NCBI RefSeq assembly: GCF_018861315.1
Contig: NZ_JAHLDL010000001.1
Location: forward strand, 31,923-63,922
Direction: 5' to 3'
Origin: Clostridium bowmanii
GTDB taxonomy: Bacteria; Bacillota; Clostridia; Clostridiales; Clostridiaceae
Length of the DNA stretch: 32,000 bases
The translations under genes were made by a program, and so were the position numbers. Positions 19,141 through 29,362 of the stretch are shown here, piece after piece. The notes under the pieces were generated by a model. That model saw nothing but the letters and a program-made list of their open reading frames with translations. It was not told where the DNA came from and did no database searches. Position 1 is the stretch's first letter; each line of letters opens with the position of its first letter.

Positions 19141-19884
19141 TTATAATCCAGTTTCTTCATTATTATCTGTCATTATTTTATGGAGTTTATCAGGACAATT
19201 AGTTATAATACCATCAACCTTCATATCTAATAAAAATTTCATTTTCTGTTCTTCATCCACAGTAAACACATTAATCTGAGTTTTGTGCTTTTTAGTTTCT
19301 TTTATTACTTCCTCATTTATAGCAAGAACATATGGATGAATAGCCCTCGCCCCAACAGTTTTTGCATAATTATATGGCTTATAAATTCCTTCCATATACA
19401 ATACTCCTGTATTAATCCCTTTAGATATTTTATTGCACTTAGCTATAGAGTAATGATTAAAACTAGACAAAATAACCCTGCGATTTATTTTATGCTTATA
19501 AATTAAATCAATTAGTTTCTGCTCAATATCTTCATACATTACTATTCCATTTTTAATTTCAAAATTAATAATAATATCACTATCTAAAGTAAAGTAAATA
19601 AGCTCCTCAACTGTAGGTATTTTAGCCCCTGCAAATTCCTCCCCCATCCAGCTTCCAGCATCTAATTTACTTAGTTCCTTATAGGTATAGTCCTTTACTA
19701 GTCCCACTCCATCAGTTGTCCTATTAACCATCTCGTCATGAATAAGTACTAATACACCATCCTTAGTTAACTGTACATCTGTTTCAATGCCCGTAGCTCC
19801 CATCTCTAAAGCCTTTTCAAATGAAAGCATTGTATTTTCTGGGTAATATGCACTTGCCCCTCTGTGTGCAAAATTAATTGTCAT
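19141..19884 (-). CDS. Glycerophosphodiester phosphodiesterase
   Basis: FAHRGASAYYPENTMLSFEKALEMGATGIETDVQLTKDGVLVLIHDE...INFEIKN. Confidence 0.94.
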   Translation of the reverse strand: MTINFAHRGASAYYPENTMLSFEKALEMGATGIETDVQLTKDGVLVLIHDEMVNRTTDGVGLVKDYTYKELSKLDAGSWMGEEFAGAKIPTVEELIYFTLDSDIIINFEIKNGIVMYEDIEQKLIDLIYKHKINRRVILSSFNHYSIAKCNKISKGINTGVLYMEGIYKPYNYAKTVGARAIHPYVLAINEEVIKETKKHKTQINVFTVDEEQKMKFLLDMKVDGIITNCPDKLHKIMTDNNEETGL

Positions 19885-20051
19885 AATACCAGCCCCCTTC
19901 TCAAAACGTTCTGAACTTTTTATGTAAATCTACTTAAGAGTTGTTCATTCTTTAGTTAAAGTAGTATTGTATTATTTATAAAGTATAATTAAATTATAGC
20001 ATCATTATTCCTTATTTTATGTTATTCATTGTTAAAACATTAAAATTATTT

Positions 20052-20948
20052 TTAAATAAACAATAATGCAACTCCCCCAATTGTTATAGCTGCTCCTAAT
20101 ACCTCTTTTGCTGATACCTTTTCTTTAAATACAATCACAGCAATTGGTATAATTAATATACGTGAAGTCGAAGCAATTGTGGATGCTACACCAGTGGATA
20201 TATATTGAACCGCCAATAAGGATAAAGATACCCCTATAAAAGGACCAAAGAATGACCCTATTGTAATATATTTTATAGCTTTAAAATCTTTTAATGCTAG
20301 TGCTAGGTTACTCCAATTCTTTCTCAAGGTGATTATTATTGCAAAAGCAACTGTAGCAGCAATAATTCGAATTTGAGTGGCAGCAAACGCATCATAACTA
20401 CCCATTCCTAGTTTGCTGAACACCATACCTGCAGCTTGCCCTACAGCGCCAACGAATGCAAAGGAAATGCCTTTAATAGGATGAGATAATTTTACTTTTT
20501 TACCCTTAGTGCCCTTAACTAATATAACAAGAAAGATACCACCCATAGTTATAAACATTCCTATAAGATCTAAAACGGTAAGTCTCTCACCTAAAATAAA
20601 AAATCCGATCAATGCTGTTATTGGTGGCACTACCGCCATAATTAATAAGGATATGCGTGCACCTATAAGCACAAACGCTTCAAATAAAAATAAGTCTCCT
20701 AAAACAAATCCAATAACTCCAGAAATACTTAGCCAAAGCCATGCAGTCACCGATGCATCAAGTGGCAAAAACATCCCTCTAGTAAAGAAGGTAAATATAC
20801 CTATTAACAAAAATGCTATAATAAGTCTTATAAAATTCACAGAAAGTGAACCTACTCTTTTTCCAGCTGCTTCAAAAGCAATAGGAGTTATTGTCCAACA
20901 AATAGCTGTAACAAATGCTGCTGCTTGTCCTATATTAATATCAAACAT
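20052..20948 (-). CDS. EamA/DMT-family transporter
   Basis: Ten predicted TM segments, two EamA repeats (AFVTAICWTITPIAFEAAGKR; LSLLAVQYISTGVASTIASTSRILIIPIAVIVFKEKVSAKEVLGAAITIGGV). Confidence 0.9.
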   Translation of the reverse strand: MFDINIGQAAAFVTAICWTITPIAFEAAGKRVGSLSVNFIRLIIAFLLIGIFTFFTRGMFLPLDASVTAWLWLSISGVIGFVLGDLFLFEAFVLIGARISLLIMAVVPPITALIGFFILGERLTVLDLIGMFITMGGIFLVILVKGTKGKKVKLSHPIKGISFAFVGAVGQAAGMVFSKLGMGSYDAFAATQIRIIAATVAFAIIITLRKNWSNLALALKDFKAIKYITIGSFFGPFIGVSLSLLAVQYISTGVASTIASTSRILIIPIAVIVFKEKVSAKEVLGAAITIGGVALLFI

Positions 20949-21040
20949 ATATATCCCCCTAACCCTTTATTTCTATTCTAAGAATATCATATTTTATTTT
21001 AAAACTCACTATATTTCTTCGGCACTCGAAATAAATTGTT

Positions 21041-21781
21041 TTATTCTCGTTCGTAAATACTAAATAATATAAGAGCAAAGACTAACACAATTACAGCACC
21101 CCATATTGCTTTAACCCCAAAATTTAATGTTAAGAGTCCACCTAAAAATGCCCCAAATAAAAATGAAATAACTATAGTAAAAAGACGAATACTACGAATA
21201 GCTGATACACGATCTTTCTTGACAAAAGCAATATATGCCGCCTTCGAAGCTGATCGTAAATTTCCTGTGGACATAGTTGAACTATATGCAGAATCAACTA
21301 GTTTAGGAAATGAAGCTACTTGAACCGAAGCCATAAACGAAACTGTAACAGTCACAATGATATTTGGAATAGTATTAGGTATAAATCCTATGATAAAAAA
21401 GACTATAATTTCAAAAATTAAAACTGCCCGTTGCCAACTTAATATAAATAAGCATGATGAATTATCTTGTATTGATTGGGTGGTAATTATTCCAATTATA
21501 AAAGCAAATATAGGTGGAATATGAGCCAATGCATGCATCAATTCTCCTTTCGAAGCATATATAGCTACGAGCACAATATTTCCAGTTTGGGCATTAGCAA
21601 AAACACCACCCCTTCCTATGTATGTATAAGAATCCAAAAATCCACCCACAATTGCAAGGAGTATTCCAAATCGGAAAGATTCATGGATCTTATGTTGTGA
21701 ATGTAGATTTCTTTGTATTATATTAAAACCATTGTGTATCAAAATTCTAAGCCTCCATTTATAGTCACCTATTATAGTCAC
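21041..21781 (-). CDS. DUF1275/YoaK family membrane protein
   Basis: AIVGGFLDSYTYIGRGGVFANAQTGNIVLVAIYAS... plus MSTGNLRSA; N-terminal start uncertain. Confidence 0.88.
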   Translation of the reverse strand: MTIIGDYKWRLRILIHNGFNIIQRNLHSQHKIHESFRFGILLAIVGGFLDSYTYIGRGGVFANAQTGNIVLVAIYASKGELMHALAHIPPIFAFIIGIITTQSIQDNSSCLFILSWQRAVLIFEIIVFFIIGFIPNTIPNIIVTVTVSFMASVQVASFPKLVDSAYSSTMSTGNLRSASKAAYIAFVKKDRVSAIRSIRLFTIVISFLFGAFLGGLLTLNFGVKAIWGAVIVLVFALILFSIYERE

Positions 21782-21899
21782 CTATTTTTATGATTAAACC
21801 TTAATATTATCATAATATAGTATAAAAATAAAAAAATAAAGATATCTTTATCTTTATTTTAACACATATTAGAATTCTCTATAAATTAAAAAAATTGAT

Positions 21900-21955
21900 A
21901 AAGAGATTGCATATTCATATAGTTTTTAATCATATGAATATGCAATCCCTTTATT
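21900..21955. terminator. Bidirectional terminator-like hairpin downstream of pgmB
   Basis: AAAGAGATTGCATATTCATAT ... ATATGAATATGCAATCCCTTTATTTTT. Confidence 0.85.
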
Positions 21956-21984
21956 TTTTAACATACTCCATTTTCCACAGTAAA

Positions 21985-22632
21985 TTAAAATTCAATTATA
22001 TCAATATGAGCATCACTTAGACCCTCAAAGATTTTGTCGGCATTTAATAGTACACCCTTTTGTCCTATTCCAATCACCTTCATATTTGCAGCTTTTGCTG
22101 CATCTATTCCAGCCTGCGCATCCTCGAATACAACACATTCTGAGGGCTGAACCTTAAGTTCACTTGCTCCTAGCAAAAACACCTCTGGATCAGGCTTTGC
22201 TTTTGATACCTTATTACCATCTACTATAGCATCAAAATATGAAGTTAAATTCAGATTATTTAGTATCATCATTGAGTTCTTTGAAGCTGACCCTAATGCA
22301 ATTTTTATGCCATTTCTTCTTAATTCTATTAAGAAATCTTTAACCCCAGGCAATATTTCTGATTCATCTAGTTTAGATATGTACTCCACATACCAACTAT
22401 TCTTCTCCTGGGCCATCATTATTTTTTTTCCCTCACTAGGATTAACCTTCCCTATTGATAATAATATTTCTAAAGACCTCATTCTGCTAACGCCCTTCAG
22501 CCTCTCATTATCTTCTTTAGTAAAATCAAACCCTAAGCTGCTAGCAAGTCTCTTCCATGCTAAATAATGATATTTTGCTGTATCCACTACTACTCCATCT
22601 AAATCGAATAAACATGCTTTTATTTTGTTCAT
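21985..22632 (-). CDS. pgmB: Beta-phosphoglucomutase (HAD superfamily)
   Basis: ACLFDLDGVVVDTAKYHYLAWKRLA...LKGVSRMRSLE...LGSASKNS...KPDPEVFL...VVFEDAQAGIDAA. Confidence 0.93.
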   Translation of the reverse strand: MNKIKACLFDLDGVVVDTAKYHYLAWKRLASSLGFDFTKEDNERLKGVSRMRSLEILLSIGKVNPSEGKKIMMAQEKNSWYVEYISKLDESEILPGVKDFLIELRRNGIKIALGSASKNSMMILNNLNLTSYFDAIVDGNKVSKAKPDPEVFLLGASELKVQPSECVVFEDAQAGIDAAKAANMKVIGIGQKGVLLNADKIFEGLSDAHIDIIEF

Positions 22633-22668
22633 AGAAATTCCTCCGTCAAATATTGTATTTGTAATTTT

Positions 22669-23496
22669 TTATTCTTTACTACCTGTGCTAGCAATACCTT
22701 TAATAAAATTCTTTTGAAATATTAAAAATACTAGTATCATAGGTAATGATAATAACATTGCTCCAGCTAAAACCTGGTCCCATAATTGAAAATATTGTCC
22801 ATAAAAAGAGTTTAACCCAACTGGTAATGTGTACATATCCTCTGACGCTGCAAGTAAACTTGGCCACAAGAAACTATTCCAGTTACCTGTAAACATCAAT
22901 ATAAATTGTGTGGTTAAGGCTGCTGTTGCCGTAGGCATTATTATTCTAAAAAAGGTTCCAAATCTACCTAATCCATCTATAGCTGCTGCTTCTTCTAGTG
23001 ACTTAGGTATACTAAGGAAAAATTGCCTCATTAAAAATATTCCAAACATACTAGTTAAAAATGGTATGGTAAGTCCTTTGTAAGTATTAATCCACCCAAG
23101 CTTACTTAGTAACATATATGTAGGCACCATAACTACCTGCCCAGGAATCATCATCATTCCAAGCATGGCTAAAAATATAGACTTCTTTCCTGGGAAATTA
23201 ATTCTTGCTAGAGCATATCCAGCCATTGAATTAAATAATAAGTTTCCAAGGGTACACACCAATGCAACTATAATACTATTGAGCATCCATCTGGAAAAAG
23301 GAAAGTTTGCAAATATAAATTTATAGTTTTTAAAGGATAATGTACTAAAATCAACTGTAAATTTATTAACCTCTGAAGATGGCTTAAGTGAAATAATAAA
23401 ACTCCATAGGAATGGCCCAAGAGTTATTACAGCATATGATATCAGTATTATATAAAACAATATTCTAAGTGGTGATATTTTTTTTGACTTTTTCAT
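22669..23496 (-). CDS. Carbohydrate ABC transporter permease (MalG-like)
   Basis: EAAAIDGLGRFGTFFRIIMPTATAALT (EAA loop) and 6-TM pattern. Confidence 0.93.
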   Translation of the reverse strand: MKKSKKISPLRILFYIILISYAVITLGPFLWSFIISLKPSSEVNKFTVDFSTLSFKNYKFIFANFPFSRWMLNSIIVALVCTLGNLLFNSMAGYALARINFPGKKSIFLAMLGMMMIPGQVVMVPTYMLLSKLGWINTYKGLTIPFLTSMFGIFLMRQFFLSIPKSLEEAAAIDGLGRFGTFFRIIMPTATAALTTQFILMFTGNWNSFLWPSLLAASEDMYTLPVGLNSFYGQYFQLWDQVLAGAMLLSLPMILVFLIFQKNFIKGIASTGSKE

Positions 23497-23508
23497 AGCT
23501 CTACCTCC

Positions 23509-24465
23509 CTAATTTGCTTCTTCCTCTTTGAATATCTTCTTTTCTATTATTGTCAGTGTGAATAGTATTGCGAAAATAACAAATGCTATGGCTGAAGCAT
23601 AACCCATTTCAGATTCTTTAAATGCTTTATTATACAAGTATAAAACCATAGTCATAGTACTGTCTAAGGGGCCTCCATTACCACCAGAGATTATATATGA
23701 TTGGTCAAACATTTGAAGTGTTCCTATAACTGATACTACTAAATTAAAGAAAAACGTTGGTTTAATTAGTGGTAATGTTATTTTAAAGAACCTTTGAAGC
23801 TTATTGGCTCCATCTATTTCTGCAGCTTCATATAATGTTTGTGGAATCTCTTGAAGTCCTGATAAAAATATTATCATATATACTCCAACTGAAGACCATA
23901 CAGCCATTAGTACTATAGCTCCCAATGCAAATTTAGGTTCTGTAAACCAATTTTTAGGGACTATCCCGAATATTGAGATAAACTTATTAAAAAGCCCATC
24001 AACCTTGAATAAAAACAGAAATATAAGTGACACCGCAACAGCAGATGTTAGTGTTGGTATATAATAAGCTACTCTAAAAAAAGTTTTTGCCTTAATCTTA
24101 GAATCCACTACCATTGCAAGTAATAATGCTATAACTAACTGTAGTGGTACGGCACATAATGAATATATAAAAGTATTTTTCAGAGATTTTAAAAATATTG
24201 GGTCTTTAAATACTCTTAAATAATTATCAAAGCCAACATTTTTGGCACTTAAAAATGATGTTCTGTCTAATAATGCATACTCCTTAAAACTTAATATAAA
24301 TGCCACAATTAACGGCCCTATTAAAAATACTAGGGCAGAAATTACAAAAGGAGCTATGAATAACCACCCATCTAATTTTTCTCTTGTCCTATTGGTTATA
24401 AATTTCTTTGGAGCTTTCTTTAGTCTTATGGACTCATTTTCGGTAGGTGTTTTTGCTGAGAACAT
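23509..24465 (-). CDS. Carbohydrate ABC transporter permease (MalF-like)
   Basis: EAAEIDGANKLQRFFKITLPLIKPTFFF EAA loop; overlaps operon context. Confidence 0.93.
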   Translation of the reverse strand: MFSAKTPTENESIRLKKAPKKFITNRTREKLDGWLFIAPFVISALVFLIGPLIVAFILSFKEYALLDRTSFLSAKNVGFDNYLRVFKDPIFLKSLKNTFIYSLCAVPLQLVIALLLAMVVDSKIKAKTFFRVAYYIPTLTSAVAVSLIFLFLFKVDGLFNKFISIFGIVPKNWFTEPKFALGAIVLMAVWSSVGVYMIIFLSGLQEIPQTLYEAAEIDGANKLQRFFKITLPLIKPTFFFNLVVSVIGTLQMFDQSYIISGGNGGPLDSTMTMVLYLYNKAFKESEMGYASAIAFVIFAILFTLTIIEKKIFKEEEAN

Positions 24466-24518
24466 AATATCCCTCCTTTTAAAATAGGAAGCATGAAATC
24501 ATGCCTCCTATCCTAGTA

Positions 24519-25760
24519 TTATTGTACTGCTTTGAATGCTTCATCTAATGCAGTTTTAGCATCTGGGTTTTTTCCAAGACGTAATCTTTCTCCTGCTTTT
24601 CCAAGTTCAAGATTAATCTTAGCAAATTTCAAACCATAAGAATATGGGGTTGCATATTTAGTACCATCTACTAATGCTTTTCTTTCTGGGAATTTATCTG
24701 TATAAACAGATCCCATTGAAGTTCTTGTTGGTATTGCAAGACCCGAATTTGCTACCATTTCTTGTGATGTTTTACCTGTTAAGAATTTAATAGCCTCTGC
24801 TGCTTCTTTAGGATGTTTTGTATTTGTGCTCATAGAGTATGAAACCGTAAATAACATATTACCTTGTTTTTGTCCTTTTGGAAGCTCTGCAATTCCGTAT
24901 TCAACTTTTGGCGCGGTTTCTTTCATAAAGGGAATCATCCATCCGCCTTCTACTACCATAGCTGCATTGCCCTTAGCAAGTGAATCACCAGGCCATCCAT
25001 CTCCTAAATCCTTTGGTGTTGCTGCATATCCTTTTTTGATCATTGAATAGTAAAATTCAAGTCCCTTTGCAGCTTCTGGTGTATTAAATGCCATCTTATC
25101 TCCATCAACAATATTGCCGCCTGCTTGGAATATGAAAGGAGCAAATCTTGCTGAGTCATCAGGTAATGATAGAGCTTTTACCTTTCCCTTTGATAATTTT
25201 TTAGAAACCTCTTCAAACTCTGCCCAAGTTTTTGGTGGTGTAGTAATTCCAGCATCAGCAAACATTTTCTTATTATAGAAAAGTCCTAATGAATTAAAAT
25301 CTTTTGGCAGACCATAGGTTTTACCATCTTTTTGAAATCCTTCTAGTAGGTTAGGGTAAAAATCTTTTAAATCTTCTTTATCTAAGTACTCATCTAGTGG
25401 TGCAACTACTCCTTTATCAATAAAAGATGGTGCCAATGATACATCTAAATAGAATAAGTCGGCTTCAGTCTTCGCTGCTATTTTAGTCTGCATAACTTGA
25501 TTATAATCTCCTACAGCAACTTCTTTTTTAAGTGTAATTTTTTTACTCTTATTTGCTACATTAAATGCAGCTATTTGTTCATCAATAAGCTTAGTTTCTG
25601 TGGGTGATGAACCCCATACTTGAACTTTTAAAGTAACTGGTCCAGCAGGAGCTGTAGATTTTGCTTTATCATCCACCTTAGCCTTATTACCACAACCTAC
25701 AAATATTGTAGCTGTTAATGCTACTGAACATATTAATGCAATTATTCTATTCCTTTTCAT
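24519..25760 (-). CDS. Carbohydrate ABC transporter substrate-binding lipoprotein
   Basis: Lipobox FVGC, LKVQVWGSSPTETKLIDEQIAAFN..., GKTYGLPKDFNSLGLFYNKKMFADAGI. Confidence 0.93.
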   Translation of the reverse strand: MKRNRIIALICSVALTATIFVGCGNKAKVDDKAKSTAPAGPVTLKVQVWGSSPTETKLIDEQIAAFNVANKSKKITLKKEVAVGDYNQVMQTKIAAKTEADLFYLDVSLAPSFIDKGVVAPLDEYLDKEDLKDFYPNLLEGFQKDGKTYGLPKDFNSLGLFYNKKMFADAGITTPPKTWAEFEEVSKKLSKGKVKALSLPDDSARFAPFIFQAGGNIVDGDKMAFNTPEAAKGLEFYYSMIKKGYAATPKDLGDGWPGDSLAKGNAAMVVEGGWMIPFMKETAPKVEYGIAELPKGQKQGNMLFTVSYSMSTNTKHPKEAAEAIKFLTGKTSQEMVANSGLAIPTRTSMGSVYTDKFPERKALVDGTKYATPYSYGLKFAKINLELGKAGERLRLGKNPDAKTALDEAFKAVQ

Positions 25761-25793
25761 AAAAAATTTCCCCCTTATTATTTGTTATTTGAT

Positions 25794-26804
25794 CTATATT
25801 TGTATTGATGATTCTCTTTCAATTAACTCAGGCTCTATTATAACCCTGCCTAAATACTGTTCTGATATTATACTTAAAATTAAATTAGCTGCAGCTTTAC
25901 CTATTTTTTCTCTGTCTTGCCTAATGGTCGTAAGTTTGGGTGTGACAAAGTTGCATAAATTAATATCATCGAAGCCTACTATGGATATATCTTTCGGTAT
26001 ATCATAGCCCATATTCTTTAACCCCTCTATTGCTCCAAGGGCCATTAAATCACTAGCACAATATATGGCGGTTATGTCTTTATGATTTTTAATAAGCTCC
26101 ATCACAGCAGTTTTTCCTCCTTCATAGGAGAACCCACCGTTAACTATAAAGTCATCTTCAATTTTGATACCTCTTCTACTTAATGCCAAATAATATCCGT
26201 CTAATCTTTCATAACTAACTAGTGCCTCTTTATGTCCATTTATAAAACCAATTTTTGTGTGACCTCTTTCCAAAAGATGCTCTACAGCAAGGCTTGAACC
26301 TTTTATATTATCAACACCAACGCACCCTACTTTAGGATTTTTTATGAATACGTCGTGCAGTACACAAGGATAAGATATACTTTCTAGTTGCCTGAAATAA
26401 TCATCTGTCATTTTAAGTCCGAGTATTAACGCACCATCTAACTGTTTTTCTTTAAATAGTTTTTCAAGCTTTTGGCCCTTTTGCATATCAGAGGTTGTAG
26501 AAAGTATTACTGTTTCATATCCATGCTTTGAAACCACTGACTTAAAGGCCATAAACATTTCATATACTATATAATCGCTTTCATTGTAATCTTCCACCAA
26601 AAGCGCTAACCTGTAATTTTTTGTTCCACTTAAACTTTTAGCAATTATATTAGGTCTATATTCTAATTTATCTGCAATTTCTAAAATATTTTTTCTAGTG
26701 GCTTCGCTTATGTCTGCATAATTATTAAAGGCTCTGGATACTGTACTTATAGATACTCCTGCTTGTTTTGCAACATCTTTTATAGTAATAATTTTTTTCT
26801 CCAT
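25794..26804 (-). CDS. LacI-family transcriptional regulator
   Basis: ITIKDVAKQAGVSISTVSRAFNNYADISEATRKNILEIADKLEYRPNIIAKSLSG. Confidence 0.95.
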   Translation of the reverse strand: MEKKIITIKDVAKQAGVSISTVSRAFNNYADISEATRKNILEIADKLEYRPNIIAKSLSGTKNYRLALLVEDYNESDYIVYEMFMAFKSVVSKHGYETVILSTTSDMQKGQKLEKLFKEKQLDGALILGLKMTDDYFRQLESISYPCVLHDVFIKNPKVGCVGVDNIKGSSLAVEHLLERGHTKIGFINGHKEALVSYERLDGYYLALSRRGIKIEDDFIVNGGFSYEGGKTAVMELIKNHKDITAIYCASDLMALGAIEGLKNMGYDIPKDISIVGFDDINLCNFVTPKLTTIRQDREKIGKAAANLILSIISEQYLGRVIIEPELIERESSIQI

Positions 26805-26862
26805 TTTGATTTCCTTTCATATAACGAATTTAATCTATAAGTACTATTCTCCACCTTTTCTT

Positions 26863-29154
26863 TTATCTTGCAATTACTAATTGTTTTTCCTTATCAATCA
26901 AATATTTTTTATCGTATATATTTAATGTTATTTTCCCTGTTGAATCAACTTTTATTTTATCTTTCAATATTGAAATGGATACTCTTGAACCTTTCCAATT
27001 AATATTAAAGGATAAGTCTTCCCATTGCTCTGGTAGCCACGGATTTATATTTAATATGCCTTCTTTATTAACTCTTAGGCCTACAAATCCAAAAATAGCA
27101 CTTTGCCATGAGCCTCCTGATGCTGCTGCATGCAGACCAAAATCTGTATTTCCTTGATTATCTTCTAAATCTGTAAATATAGCCTTCATAAAGTATTTAT
27201 AAGCATTTTGCCTATCTCCAACTGCAAGTCCAAGTATTGAATACATAGAAGGGCTTAGCGAAGACTTGTGCATTGTTCTTTTCTCATAATATTCATAGTT
27301 TGATTTCTTAACCTCGTCAGTAAATTCTTCAGGAAGCATAATCATGAGTTGTGCAACATCAGCTTGTTTTATAAGCTGTGTTTCGCCTAACTTATTACCT
27401 TCAAAATCAGGCCATACAGGCATTTCGTTTTCATCATACTGCGTAATTTTTATATCTGCTAAGTCAAAATATCCTTGGAACTGTTCAATAATCATTCCGT
27501 CCTCACTTTTAGGAATATACATTTTTTCAGCCATTATATCCCAAAGCTTGAAATCTTCATCATTAAGGCCTAGCTTAGAACAAAGTACCTTGTACACAAC
27601 ATTGTCTTCAGTCTTTAACCAATCTTTAAAAAATAATGCTTTTTCTATATTCCATTTAGCTAAATAATTTGTAAATACATTATTATCAACATGCTCATGG
27701 AATTCATCAGGTCCTATTACTGAACTTATTTCATATCTATCTTCGGCTTTACTATATTCCACTCTACTTTGCCAAAATTTAGCTGTATCAAGAAGTATTT
27801 CAATACCATAATTTACGAGGAATTCCTTATCGTTAGTTGCTCTATAGTATTCAACTATTCCAAAAGCAATATCCGAGTTTATGTGGTATTCCTCATCTCC
27901 AGTCCAAATTCTAACTGCATTACCATCATAGTCAAATCCCCATTTAGGGGTAACCTCTAGGCCTTCATCAGCAGCCTCCCATGCAAATCTTGCTCCTTTA
28001 TATCCTGTTATAGCAGCATTTTCTCTTGCTCCCTTTAGTGTATTATATCTATACATTAGCAGAGCCTTTGCAACCTTTGGTCTTGTATATATAAAGAAAG
28101 GTAGCATGAACACTTCAGTATCCCAGAAAATATGACCTTTATATCCTTCCCCATGAAGCGCTTTTGCAGCTATACTTACTTTAGTGTCACCATCATAAGC
28201 AGAAGCTGCTAATTGGAATAAATTAAATCTTATACCTAATTGAGCTTTTTCATCTCCACTAATTTTTATATCTATTTCATCCCATATCTTTCTCCAAATT
28301 TTCTTATGTTCTTCAAGTTCAGCTCCGTACCCATCTTTTATAAAATCCTTTAATTCACTAGTACCAGCTGTAAATAGGTCACATTTCATATCTTTATCAC
28401 TAAGGCTTATCCCATATTTAAATATAGTAGCCGTTTTACCTTCTGTCATATATGTTTCGTAGACTTCACTAACCGTTTCACCAAATTCACTATATCTTCT
28501 TGTTTTAAATATATTCCCTCTTTCATTTTCACCCATTAGTGTTGTTAATTCTAAAGATTTCATATTATTATCATTTGTCTCAATAGTTAATGCTATACCT
28601 GGGTTACTATCAAAGATGCTTTTCACCTTAAAATGCTTGTTTTTATTCATTACGTCCCAAGCTCCATTGGTCACCGATCCATCTATATAATTTTCTATAA
28701 ATACTTTTCCATTAAAATTAAGTGGTGTTAATTCATATTTTGAAGCCCATCTATTAATTTTATTTCTACTTACAAATCTTTCACATCTAATATCTATACT
28801 TTTACCCTTTTTAGTAGTTGCAATAAACCTTGTATTTAGAACTCCACTTTGCATATCTAATTCTCTATTAAAGTTATCTAAAACACATTCATCCATATCA
28901 ACTTTTTCATCTTCAATGTAAATGTTGAAGCCCAGTGGATCTTGAAGGTTTACTATTTCCGTCACTTGGCTTTGAGATTTATCAAATATTCCTGCTATAT
29001 AGTTCCCTCTGTTACCTTTTGAAGAAAATTCTAGAGCACCTCTGATTCCCCTGTATCCATTTGCTAATGTAAAAAGTGTTTCATATTTTTTATTATCATA
29101 ATTATTATATTCATTTAATGAAATTTTCCATAAGTCCATATTTAAACCCTCCAT
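26863..29154 (-). CDS. GH65 disaccharide/oligosaccharide phosphorylase (kojibiose phosphorylase-like)
   Basis: TLANGYRGIRGALE, GYKGHIFWDTEVFMLPFF, SSVIGPDEFHEHVDNNVFTNYLAKWNIEKAL with putative general acid Glu, C-terminal GLHAAASGGSWQSAIFGFVGLR. Start may be MNMDLWKISLNEYNN, with n-terminal M-E-G from the track uncertain. Confidence 0.92.
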   Translation of the reverse strand: MEGLNMDLWKISLNEYNNYDNKKYETLFTLANGYRGIRGALEFSSKGNRGNYIAGIFDKSQSQVTEIVNLQDPLGFNIYIEDEKVDMDECVLDNFNRELDMQSGVLNTRFIATTKKGKSIDIRCERFVSRNKINRWASKYELTPLNFNGKVFIENYIDGSVTNGAWDVMNKNKHFKVKSIFDSNPGIALTIETNDNNMKSLELTTLMGENERGNIFKTRRYSEFGETVSEVYETYMTEGKTATIFKYGISLSDKDMKCDLFTAGTSELKDFIKDGYGAELEEHKKIWRKIWDEIDIKISGDEKAQLGIRFNLFQLAASAYDGDTKVSIAAKALHGEGYKGHIFWDTEVFMLPFFIYTRPKVAKALLMYRYNTLKGARENAAITGYKGARFAWEAADEGLEVTPKWGFDYDGNAVRIWTGDEEYHINSDIAFGIVEYYRATNDKEFLVNYGIEILLDTAKFWQSRVEYSKAEDRYEISSVIGPDEFHEHVDNNVFTNYLAKWNIEKALFFKDWLKTEDNVVYKVLCSKLGLNDEDFKLWDIMAEKMYIPKSEDGMIIEQFQGYFDLADIKITQYDENEMPVWPDFEGNKLGETQLIKQADVAQLMIMLPEEFTDEVKKSNYEYYEKRTMHKSSLSPSMYSILGLAVGDRQNAYKYFMKAIFTDLEDNQGNTDFGLHAAASGGSWQSAIFGFVGLRVNKEGILNINPWLPEQWEDLSFNINWKGSRVSISILKDKIKVDSTGKITLNIYDKKYLIDKEKQLVIAR

Positions 29155-29172
29155 ACTCTTTCGGTATTATTT

Positions 29173-29186
29173 CGAAAACGTTTTTG
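29173..29186. promoter_or_regulatory. LacI/CcpA-type operator 1
   Basis: CGAAAACGTTTTTG immediately upstream of the GH65 start (minus-strand gene). Confidence 0.65.
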
Positions 29187-29207
29187 TAATTTTATTATAC
29201 TTTTTCG

Positions 29208-29221
29208 TGAAAACATTTTCA
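29208..29221. promoter_or_regulatory. LacI/CcpA-type operator 2 (cre-like)
   Basis: TGAAAACATTTTCA. Confidence 0.6.
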
Positions 29222-29312
29222 AACATCTTGAAACCCTTTGCAGTGGATATTGTCTTGTTCTTTCTTACTAATGCTCTTGTATTCTCTATTTATCGCAATA
29301 TTATATTTTTCC

Positions 29313-29325
29313 AAAAACGTTTTCG
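29313..29325. promoter_or_regulatory. LacI/CcpA-type operator 3
   Basis: AAAAACGTTTTCG. Confidence 0.6.
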
Positions 29326-29362
29326 TAATAGTACTTATGATAACCATGATTTCCTAATGTAA

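Noticed and set aside
20509-21063. 184-aa plus-strand ORF and other plus-strand ORFs at 19285, 21476, 22307, 22829, 24242, 24826, 25789, 26975, 27344, 27769
   Set aside because: All are complementary to genes with strong family signatures on the minus strand; none shows a recognisable domain or good RBS.
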